Shown here: piece by piece, positions 40,201 through 52,200 of the stretch
How the letters are laid out: every line of letters starts with the position of its first letter
Numbering within the stretch: the stretch's first letter is position 1
NCBI GenBank assembly: GCA_951804945.1
Contig: OX638149.1
Location: forward strand, 77,872,001 to 77,936,000
Length of the DNA: 64,000 nt
Direction: 5' to 3'
Origin: Podarcis cretensis
Lineage: Eukaryota
Program-made: the position numbers and the translations under genes
Notes under the pieces: generated by a model
What the model was told of the DNA's origin: nothing
The model's database searches: none
What the model saw: the letters and a program-made list of their open reading frames with translations, nothing else

Positions 40201-43200
40201 TCAGCAGCTCTTGTGCATACCCAGGAGCCCCAATTTGCAAGGTGGTCTCCAGTGTAAACATTAAGGTTTGAATGAGCAGTGGCTGGTCCACTTAACTTTG
40301 ATGCTGGTGCATGTGAAGACTGTTCCTTCCCTGACACTAAAGAGAATGGAAGATCCCATGCTTATCCCCTGCTTTTTTTGTAAACCACTTGTAGGTGGGT
40401 GTGGGTGTGTTTAATTTAGTGGTATGTATATTTAATGAAATAAGTAAGAAATTATGTGAAGTTCCAATATATGCATTATAATCCTGCAGCTCAGGGATGG
40501 GGAATGTTTTCAGTCTGAGGTCCACCTTTCTTGTTGACAACCTTCCAGGATTTTCATTCCAGTGGTAGGTTGGGTCAGAGGTAAATGTGAGTGGAGCAAC
40601 AGATGTAACCCTAACCTTATGTACAGTAGTCTACATTCTGATCATGCAAAAGGCAGAAGTTCACACACTTCTCCATCTTCCATCCTTCATCCAGACAAGC
40701 AATAGGCATTTGTCACAGTTCAAAACACATTCCAAACAGGCAAAAGCACTTGAGGACATGAAGCAGGACCAGGGAGGGGAATGGGCTGAAAAGAGGCCTG
40801 AGGATACGGAGGCTGGGAGGGCCCTGTTCAGCTAACATCCTGAGATCCCTCACCCCCTACTCTAGATGGGGAAGAGGGTGAGGACAGGAGAGTGCCCTGT
40901 CCAAGGTCAGCTAATAAGTTCATGGCAAAAGCAAAGGACGTTCTGATTGATAGCACAGTCTCTTAAAAGATCATCCGGTTCTGCATACTTACACAGTGCA
41001 TATCAAGAGTCTGACAGCTTTTCTGGCATTCAGCTCCAGTTTGGCCTGCAGTGGCATTTCTGCAGTTAAAGTAGACCATGGGGGCAACGCAGACTAGCAA
41101 GGCAAAAGGAGAGAAAATGTGTAAGAGATGAAAGGACAGACATGGGTACCACAGAACAGGAAGACCTCAAACAAACCTTTTGAACAGAAGTCTGCTATGG
41201 TTTGTGGAACTATTATATAATTAACTATGAAGCCCATATTAACTTGAAGCTTTTTATGAATACGGTTTTCCAGTGAATATTTAATAATTGTGCCCCGTTG
41301 TCATTTTGTAACTATCTACAATTAAAAGGCTATTAATTAACAAAATAAGGAACACAGCCCAATCGCCTGCATCTTTCCAAGATGAAAAGTAAGTATATAT
41401 AACATATTTTACATGTATGGATATATTCTCCTTACCCTGTTTTGTGTCCCCATCACCAATGCAGTTCAACTTTCCTTGGCTACATGTGCTATGTAAAAGA
41501 AAGAGAAATTAGGTTTGCTTTTGCATTCACTTTCTGGTTGTGCTTCAAAACTTGGAGCCTTCAAGTTGTGAGTCTGTAGTTGTGCCCTATACAGAGTAGA
41601 GAAGTTGGGTTTACTCCAGAAATTTAGGGATATTTAGAATCTGAAAATGGGACCATACAGGTCACTAATTTGGATGTTTTTCCAAATTCTGTTCGTCTTT
41701 ATGTATTTAGGCATTTTGGTCTATTTACTTATAAGATATGGAGGGGAAATAAGTTAGGCAGCGATAAAAGAATCTGGGACAAAATGCAAGCATTCCAGAT
41801 ACTGGTACTTCTTAGTCATGTATTCTGATAATGCTTTTGCCGTGAGTTGTAGTCCCTAACATTTGGAGGGCACCAGGTTGGTGAAGGCTGTACTAAAAAG
41901 TTAAAGGCAGCAGCTTGAATCCTCTTACCACAAAACACCAACGTCGTGGAGCACTTCACCGGAGAGTATTGACGTTCCTTTGTAATAGCACGGGCATTTG
42001 TTAGCAGGTACACATTTTCCATAATCATCCATGTAGGTTCCACTTTCACAGGTGCATCCATCAACTGGGACAAATTTGACATTGCAGGTAACATCAGGTT
42101 CACTCAGAGATCGGCAGGTAGGTTGACAAGAACTGATGGAATAGCTGTAATTCAGGGATTTGGGGCATGAAGTGGTGTATCTGGCTGGAAAGAGAAAAAC
42201 AAACAGCTTGATTGATTGATTGAAAGCATTTCTGTGACCTGCCTTTTCGTCCTAAGACATAGACATACAGACATACACACAGTAGTTTACAAAAAAGAAT
42301 TAAAAAATAATAAGTTAAATTACTAAAGGAAGAATACATGTGGTTATATAGATAGCTAAATGCCTGCTGAAACAGAAACCAGGCAGACCTTCAGGAGGGC
42401 ATTTCATAGTGAGGGTGCCACAACTAAAAATGCTCAGTCCCTAGTACCTATCTGCCACAGAGCATCAAGGAGACACAGAGCAGAGCCTGCAAGGGCAGGT
42501 TCTTATGGGTGCGGGCAATCCTTTAGGTATCAAGGTCCCAGACTATGAATTTAATGGTTAAGACCAGTACTTGGAATTGAGACCAGAAGCAGATAGCCAG
42601 TGAAATTAGAGTAGTATTAGTGATGTATTCTATACATTCACCTCAGATAGTAGTGTGGCTGCTGCATTGTGAAATCTGCAGCTCCCAGATGCTTTTGGAA
42701 GGCATCTCCACATAGAGTGCATTGCAGAAACCTAGCCTGGATAAAATCAAGGCATGAATGTCCATGACTAGATCCATCATTTTTTATTTTTTAAAAAAAT
42801 GGAATTATTTGGGGCAGGGGGGAAGTCTATTACTCCAGACCATCACTAAGAGAACCCAGCAAGACAAGGAAAATGCTAAGAATCATTGGCACAAAAAGTT
42901 CTTTCATTTTAAGACCCGAGATGACTGTTTAGAAGACTTACAACAGACATTGGTCCTCCATCCTGGAAGCTCTACTTTTTCAGCTGCACAGGCTCTAACA
43001 TAAGAAGAGAGGGCAGCACACATGCAATCCTCACTTCTTTCACAGTTGCAGGTGTCAAACATGCAATTCTGGGGAAGAGGAAAATGCTCTTATTAAAAAC
43101 AATCCATTCCAAGTCAATTATCCTTTTCCTACCGTTTCTCAATTTGACTAGATTAGATTTCACTTGTGACTTTTTTTCAGACTAATTTATATCCCATTCA

Positions 43201-46200
43201 GTGTCATCTCTCATCCTTTAGCAGGCAGGGGCTCGATGTACTTGGCTTCAGCAGTAGAATTGTATCATGTGCCTTCAGGCCATTTTAGCAATACAACAAT
43301 TGCTGACCCAAATTGGATTTTCAGTTCTGAGTTTCACTATTGTCAGTCTTACATTTTGGTTCAGAACTGGAATGGGAAATCAACATTACTTGCAAGCAAC
43401 TCAGGATTATAAGCATTATGTTTCAAAGCAAAATGAAGTATCATGCGGCATGTATGTGAATAAAAGGGGGGAATATTTATCTATATTTAGATCCAGGAGA
43501 TGACTGAAGTATTCCTACTCAGACTAAGCCCATTGAAATTAATGAATGCAAGTTACTCATGGCCATTAACTTCTGTGGGTCTACTTTGAGTAGGACTATC
43601 ACGGAATACTACTCACTGAGTTCAGACATTCATCTGACACAGAAGTCTTAAAGCCAGTGAGCTCATACATGTGCAACACTAGATTTCTCATCAGTTGATG
43701 ATACAGAGGAGAATATGTGAACTGACTCTTTTGAAAAGTTTATGTGTGGTGATATGGAATGGCATGAAAACCTTGTCTGTGGTACTGTATTTGATTTGTG
43801 ATGGCCCATTCAGCGGCACTGCTAGCCGCTTGGGTGCTGGGTGCAGCACACACGCCCTGCAGCTGGAGGTGGGACGAGCCACCCATGGGGGCGGAGTAGG
43901 CTTTATGGAGCCTCTCTGCCATCTCCCCCTCAGCTGTAGGATGGCTGAGGGAGAGGCGGAGGGCAGATGCAAGTCCCACGCTGCTGTTTCAGGCATCACA
44001 GAGCCTGCAGGTGCCCAAGCCACCACGTCACTTCCAGGAGAGACATGTGGCTCGGGCACGCTGCAGGCCCCGTGGTAAGTGCCGGCCCCCATGGTGTGGT
44101 GCCCAGTGCCAGCTGCGTTTCATTACGTTTGTTGACTGAACTAAAAAGTTTCATGAGCCCAATTTTTATTTTTAAAAACTCATATTTTTGTCATTATGCC
44201 ATCCCCCTCAGTGATGACACCTGAGGAGACCTGCACCCCCGCACCCCCTTCCTCCGCCACTCATGGAATCACCATTTGATACAGTAGTCATCAAGTGATG
44301 TGCATGCATTTGTGAACTACTCCTTTAAACGCTCCTATGCCTTCTAGTCAAATCCTGACTGGCTTTTCTCCCAGCCTTTAGAACATCAAGAAGCTCTATT
44401 GAAATTCTTTCACATCATCTTCACTCCTGGACATTCTGTTTATGCTCAGCACTTCACTGCCTCAACAAGGCCTATGTTAACTGCACAGCACTCAGCTCCC
44501 TTACTCCCTTGTCAGTTTCACCCTCTCCAGTTGTTGATTTCTGCTTTACTCTGTGAGGTGACATACCTTGCCTCATCCCTGAAACATGTGATGGTATGGC
44601 TTGGACCCCAGTGATCCAATACTGATGACACCTTCCATTTAGTTCCACCCATTTGGTCTTGTCCCACCAGTATGTTTCCTTATAGATTAGTGGTAGCCAA
44701 CATGGTGCCCTCCAGATGCTTATGACTACAATTCCCACCAATCCCAGCTAGTATGGCCAATTGTCATGGACAGTGGGAGTTGCAGTCCAAAATATCTGTA
44801 GGACACCAGGTTGCCTACCCCAACCAAATATACTTTTCAGCTTCCTCCAATAAACTGTTTTCAATGAGAGGTAACAGATAGCTTCATACCGTATGATAAG
44901 AAGCTGGATTAACTGAGGCATGACATTTAGCAAAAGGTCCTTCAGAGTCAGTCAGCAATCCACACCAATGTCGGGCGTATTTTTCTACAAAGAGAAGAAA
45001 TTAATCCATATCATTTTGGGAATTTCTATAGGTGCAAATGGCAGCTTTTATCTCAACTCACATCACTGACTCTAGACAGGATATCCTGGTGCTGCTACAA
45101 TGCTTGTTCTACTCACTGCTGTTCACTCATTGCTGAACCTCCTGAAGCCATGGACTGAGGAAGGAAATGATCTAGAGGACTTCCGGGTTAGCGCCTCCGG
45201 CAATGGTGGAGCTCCTCCGATTGGGAGGAACCGGCTCCGTGAAAAACAGGGTCTGACCGCCACAGCGAAGGCGGAGACCCTTAGAAATCACAGACGGAAG
45301 AAGTCTGTGAACCTGGGATTCGGATAGCACCTTCTGCGCCCCCCTACTCGCGGAGAGACCCGGTATCGGGAATCCGGAGCGACGTTGGGTGAGAAGCGCA
45401 GTGCTTTGAATCGACCGCTTATTTCACGGAGCGAAGCCGCATTGCTGCTGTCGGAGAGCGCTGACTTTTTTCCTGTGGACAATTGGATTTTAAACAACAA
45501 CCCGTGAATAGAACAGGAAATTGAGCTTTTAAACAATTTAATTTGGCACCGAACGGGGAAGGTTCAAACAGGAAGTCCACCTTCCCTTTCTGTAAATAGA
45601 CTGAAGCAAAGTAGTTGTTAACTAAGGTTTTGGAAAGTCTTATGTAAAGGATTAAAACTCCACTGATTGAAACTATTAATTTTGACCAAGTGAACTTGCA
45701 GGAGAAGGTGAAAAATTAAAAATCGAAGCATCACGTCTCTGAACCTGGGAACGGTTTGCAAAAAGTCCATCGACGGTAAACAGGACAAATTTGACAGCTA
45801 GCTTTAAAAGAAAGACATTGTTTCTATTGTCCGCTTCTCCACTTAAAAAGAAGAAAAGGTAACTGGAAACTGTTACTAATTTACGTTTGGAATTGTGCTG
45901 GAAAGGATTGATACAAATGGAGACTGTCTTCCTCTAGAGGGAGTTTTGGGACATTGTTACAAGAGTGCAGCTGGGAAATTGGCCTTAAGATAAAGACTGT
46001 GAGAAACTAGTTCTGACCTTGACCATCTTAAGAATGTCGGCAAAGGAAGAAGTAGCGTCTGTACTGAATAGGACAATCTATCTGTTGGGAAAGCTGCATA
46101 AACAGATAGATGTCATGGCTACTAATATTGATATTTTGGGAACAAAAGTGGGTATCAGCATAGAAGTTGACAAGAACCCGGCACAGGAATCTTTCTTAAC

Positions 46201-49200
46201 TGAACAAATTGATGAATTAGAGAAGGAGAAAGTTGCTGTTGTTGAGTACAAAGCAAAACAAGGGGGAGCCTTAACCCTAAAGAGGCAAATGGAGGATTAT
46301 AACTTGAGGCCTTATATGACTGTAATTAGGAGAAGCCAGTTTTTGAAGATGGTTGCCTGGCCTAATCTGGAAAAGGAAAGGTGGAGAGATCCCCTTGTGC
46401 AGGGATCAAATGACTTTTGGAATATGAATTTGAGCCAGGAGGAGATTGGAGCTTTGGGGGCCTTTGGACTTCGAAGAATTGTGAAACAAGATTCGGAATA
46501 CTTTATGGGCCCTAGCTTTAACTATGGAAATCTGGCAGACCTGTCAAGAAGGAATATAAGCATCGTTGGGTTGGAGCTCCCCCGAGATCTGCTTTTTAGC
46601 ACCAAAGATTATCAAGAAGATTGGCAGAAGTGAAGTGAAGAAGAGTTAAGAGCCTCGGATATAAGATCTCCAGGTTGATGGTCGCTGGGAGGTTGATGGA
46701 ACTGACGGCAGGGGCCGAGACCAGGGAGGGGAGACGGTGGAAGAAAATTGGGAATTTAAAGTGTATATATGGAGATTTAAAAAAAAAATTAATGAGAGAT
46801 GGAAAAATTGTGGAATGAAATTTTTATGACCCTAGGGGAAATGTCTTAAGAGATTAAGTTCAAATATATTAGTTTTAATGAGAAATAAGATTAAACAAAG
46901 TAAAAATGGATGATTAATTGGTGAAAGAAGAGAATGTTAAATTACAGTATATTAAGATAAATTATTAGGATAAAAACAAAGATGAAGGATTTGCTGAAAT
47001 ATCTAACTGAACCAGAATACAAAGAGGGGAGGTGTGAGGAGGTCAAGGAAATAAGCTAAAGAAAGAAAGTTATGTAAAGGTTTGATTTGTTCTTTTTTTT
47101 ATTGTATGCATTTTTTTTCTTTTTTGTCTGTTTTCCTTTTTTATCTTTTTTCTTTGATGGGACTTGTTTTTATGTATTGTTTTGCTTTGTTTTTTGGTTT
47201 AATTGGGTGTTTTTCTGTTGTTATTTTTTTATTACTCATGTAACCTTTAAAATTTTAATAAAAATCTATTTAAAAAAAAGAGGAAGGAAATGATCTAAAT
47301 CTTGAATATGTGCATGCTACAGATACCCAATATACCCATTATGCATAGGGATGTTAGTTTATAGACTACTTGCAAAACTTACAAGCCACAGTCTAAAAAA
47401 GAGGTAGCCATGTGTACATCCACTTACCGTATTTCAATGGGGGGTGGCATACCTAACTTCTTCTGTTTAGATTGTGGCTACAGGATCTTGATTTGCAAGT
47501 TTTTATTGTTATTTATTTCCCCTGATTTCCCCATTTATTAATATTTGTTTTCAGTCAGTTCTTCTAATTTGTTTATTTCTATTAATTTTCCCCATGAGCT
47601 AGGTAGAATTATAATTTTGAAGTGTTTGTGAGCCTTGCTTATAATTCTCAAATATGCCTACCATTTTCAATGCTAAGCGTGCAAGGGTCCTCAAAACTTT
47701 GTTTGATGTTGGGACATGCAGCCTGAGTTTTCCAGGTGTTAGCAAATGCAGATGCTGTTCCTTCCACCACTCCACTTATGGCTGTGAAGTCATCCATCTG
47801 GCGCTTGTCAAAGTTTCCACAGAGACCTTTGAAAGAAACCCCAAAGAGTTTTATAGTCCAGTTTTATAATACTTTGCCCCCCAGGCATGCCACAAATTTC
47901 TTTTTGCTTTAAAATACTTCTTACCACAAGTCCTTCCTTTGAAAGATGGACCCACATGAATATACAATTGCATTGTGGGTACGAGCTGGATTACTAGCTG
48001 AAGGCCAAAGTTTGTATGCACAATGATGAAGAAGGACGATGGTCTGAATATGGTTACATTAGCTATGGACAAAGAAGACACCATTCTTATGAGATTCAGA
48101 GCTGCAACTGCCATCCATTACTCAGGAAAAGAAGAACCAGATTTGTGAAAGCCAATTCATGCAAGCACATTGGCATGTTGTGACTGTGGGCTGGGTGGAT
48201 GTGTGAAGGGTTTGATACAAGTTGAAACAGTTATATGTTTACTTTCAGATTGTGCCCAACCATCAGCCCAATCTACATTGGCCACCATATCATCGTTTGC
48301 CCCAGTTTTGTTGATGATTAAGTGGTATGAACTGAAACAATAATGTGGAATATATGGCATGGATCTAACAAATCGTAACCATTGAAGGATTGGGGGAATA
48401 TGATAAAATAGTCTGGCACCAGAATGATAACAACGATGGCACCAGACATCTTTTAGAAGGCAGTCCCATAAATGGGGTGCAAAAAGGGGCTTATTTCTGG
48501 CAGCCAACTTCTTAATCTTTGGACACCAGGTGAAAGACCTTTCACAAAATATATCTCAGCTAATAAGTAGTTTCCTATAGGAGGTGGCTGTCCTTCACAT
48601 ACTCTGGTCTCAGCTACAGAGGTAGCTTAGGACCTTGTAGTAAACAGCAGCAGTTTATATTCTCATTATGGAGAGTCCTGGTTAACAAACTTGCTACCTA
48701 ATCTGGAAGTTCCTTTCAAAGGTTGCCTTACATACAATGCATTATATTATAGTAGCTGTGGCTGGATATTATTAAAACATGGCTGTTTGTAAGAGAATCC
48801 TTCATTTCCAGGGGAAACCTCTACATTAGTTGTGGAGAACATTTGGTCTTCCAAGTGTTGCTGAACTACAACTACAACTCTGCTATTGGCCATGCTTCTT
48901 GGGGCTGATGGGAGTATTGGTCTAGCAACATTCAGAGGGCCACAGGTTCCTCACATCTGCTCTACACAAACCCAACTTTCTTTTCCCAGCAGAACTGGAA
49001 AAGGGAAAATAGTAACCCAATCAAACCTTGCTAGCTTTTGGAGTAACAAGCTCTTCTGCTGAGCTTGCCCCTAAGATTTCAAAACTTTTAAGGCTGCCAT
49101 GGCAAACAGAAGTTTCTGACATGCAACATACCTGCTGAGAGAGGCAACTGAGTGTAGAGCGAGTTGACCAATACACCACCATTAGGACTGATCACAATGG

Positions 49201-52200
49201 TCTGGTGACAAAGAGAAAAGGAGTAATAATGAGTTTGGTGATAAATTACATCTTCTGTTTCTTCTAATAAGCTTTATTGGGGGAGGGATAAAAACTATTA
49301 CATGCAGGTCCTGCTATCAGATAAGTGAAATTAGGGAGCGTTCAGCATTAATATAACCAATCTTGAATGGTTGATTTNNNNNNNNNNNNNNNNNNNNNNN
49401 NNNNNNNNNNNNNNNNNNNNNNNNNNNNNNNNNNNNNNNNNNNNNNNNNNNNNNNNNNNNNNNNNNNNNNNNNNNNNNNNNNNNNNNNNNNNNNNNNNNN
49501 NNNNNNNNNNNNNNNNNNNNNNNNNNNNNNNNNNNNNNNNNNNNNNNNNNNNNNNNNNNNNNNNNNNNNNNNNNNNNNNNNNNNNNNNNNNNNNNNNNNN
49601 NNNNNNNNNNNNNNNNNNNNNNNNNNNNNNNNNNNNNNNNNNNNNNNNNNNNNNNNNNNNNNNNNNNNNNNNNNNNNNNNNNNNNNNNNNNNNNNNNNNN
49701 NNNNNNNNNNNNNNNNNNNNNNNNNNAAGGCAAGCTTTTGGCAGGTTGCCAACCATAAGAAGCATATTGTTCCTAAATAAGTTCAAAGGATGCTCCATCA
49801 ATCCACTCCTGATTCTTTCCATCTCTTTGTGCATTCATTACTGTGAACAGTAAGGGGCACAAATTACACTATAATTTCATAAACTGGTAAAATACAAAGA
49901 TGATAGGTTCTGAACAATATGGTTGACAGTGTTGGCTTTTATGATTTAAAACCTCAACTGATTATCTCACCCCCATGCCCCATTCTTCCTCCCTTTCAAA
50001 TAGTTCTTTCAACGACATTCTTCCAACCAATTTAAAACACATTTTGCAGTCATTCTCTAATTGAACTTTTGTTGGTACTAAGTCATTTTGCTTTTCATGA
50101 ACTATATGCCTTTCAGAGCTGATTATTGTCATGGAAGAGCTCCTTTTCATGGTGGAGCTGGCATCCCAGCAGAGAGTCCTACTCACAAAAAAGAGTCAGG
50201 AGAGATGATTTCTACTACTTTCCCTAGCAGCTTACTGCACTGCTTCTCATGTTCTTCTGGGGGGTCCTTCAACTCTTTGGAGTAGCTCCTTGAGTGTTGC
50301 GGGTATCAACAAAAACCTCCCACTTCCATGAGTACAGTTCCACCCACTGGTTGTCTGGATTTGACCCACTGTCTTCAGGAATACATAAGGGCAATTTATT
50401 TGATACTTTATTATTCTGACATCTAATACTTTGGGCATCAGCTAGAAAAAGCAAGTTGCCTTTACATACAGATTCTGTTCTAGTAATGGGTGAATCTGTC
50501 ATTTTTTGTCTCTCTCAGTTTCTTATTTTTCCAGTCTCAAGCTTAGTTCTCCACATTTCCAGATCAGTTTGCATTTTTACAAAAACTCCTCATGAAAATT
50601 TATCAGCATTTTAATGCAAATGTTTTATGCAATTTTGTTTGTATGCTAATTGGCTCACATACACATTTTTGCAAAGCTGTTTCTCTTACTATAATGCATT
50701 TTTGCATGTTATTTTCACTAATTCAATTTTTAAGCACACTTGAATTGTACTTAAAGTGTATTTTAAGCTTCAGTTTATGTACTTTTGCACAAATTATTTG
50801 GCTACAAAACTGTACTGAAAATTTCATAGAAGTGCAAATTTTTAAGAGTGCCTGTGTTTAAATCCCCATATAGTTTTGGAAAGTGTGAATTAGCCAGGTG
50901 TTCCTTTAAATGTGAATGGAATTGAATATTGCCCCCCCCACCCCAGTTACTCCTGTCTCTTAAGGCATTGTGGCTTATAAGGTGTTCTCTATCCTTTGGT
51001 TTAGAAACTTACAGTCTGGTCTCCATTGATGTTGAGGGCAACCATCTTCAAGCATGTCTCAGTCTCTGTCAGGCCACATTTGCGGAGTTCTCCGAGAACA
51101 CTAAATGTATCATCTCCACAAAACTAAAAAAGCAAGCCAACACCCAAGAATTACCATCTGCATCGCAAACTTACTGCAATAGCGCCTAGAAATTAAGATT
51201 GCACTGAAAAAGTATCGCAGATGCACAGTTCTAGCTTCCTTGAACTCAAAAGTATTTTGGTTTTAGGATTTGACTTAACTTCTTATAAAGGTTGTTTTAG
51301 CTAGGGAAACTGATTCAGGATCTTTTAAATGAGAGAGTAGACATTTTGAATCAAAACTGTTGAACACCAAAATCTGCAGCTTCCCCCCTTTTGTGATAAT
51401 GAATGTGTTGAGATTCTTAAAAATATGTAAGCAAACTTTCCTAGTTGTTTTAGGGCACTCTCATTGGCCTTTTATTTGAATGTGTGGCATTTCCCTGAAC
51501 AACTTTATTTCAGTTTCATTGTCGTATCATATGTAATTCTCCTGAAATGAGATTCTACCCCCCACCCCCCGCTTTACTAATTTCCCCCAAAGGTATCTCT
51601 TCTGAGTCTGTGTCTTCTACACATCTAAAAAACATTACTGCTTTAGGGAAAATAATGGTGTAATAATGTAGAAGCAATAAGGAAGTGAGAGGGATTTAAA
51701 ACTTGTACAGTGGTACCTCAGGTTAAGTACTTAATTCGTTCCGGAGGTCCGTTCTTAACCTGAAACTGTTCTTAACCTGAAGCACCACTTTAGCTAATGG
51801 GGCCTCCTGTTGCGGCCACACCGCCGGAGCACAATTTCTGTTCTCATCCTGAAGCAAAGTTCTTAACCTGAAGCACTATTTCTGGGTTAGCAGAGTCTGT
51901 AACCTGAAGCGTATGTAACCTGAAGCATATGTAACCTGAGGTACCACTGTAAAGGGAAACTGAATAAGCTGTGTGACATGATATCCAAAGCAAGGGATTT
52001 ACTATTGGAACAATTACACTGGTTTTATAATCCCAGAAAGAGGATTAGTGTGTGTTTGTGTGCCTGTATAGCACTGTGGTAATGGGGACATTTTTGCTAA
52101 TTATAGTGACAGTATATCTTAAGTGACTTGCCTTTGAGAGAACGTAAACGCAATCTCCATGGACATTATAACGTTTTTTATCAAAAGTGGAGATGTGTGA

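Noticed and set aside
43695-44262. GC-rich patch with overlapping 127-133 aa ORFs
   Set aside because: It has no recognisable domain or splice context. It is probably an interspersed repeat, but I could not define its ends or TSD.
49317-49853. ORFs spanning the N run, or a missing exon in the gap
   Set aside because: These are artefacts of N. The flanking exons join in frame with no domain gap.
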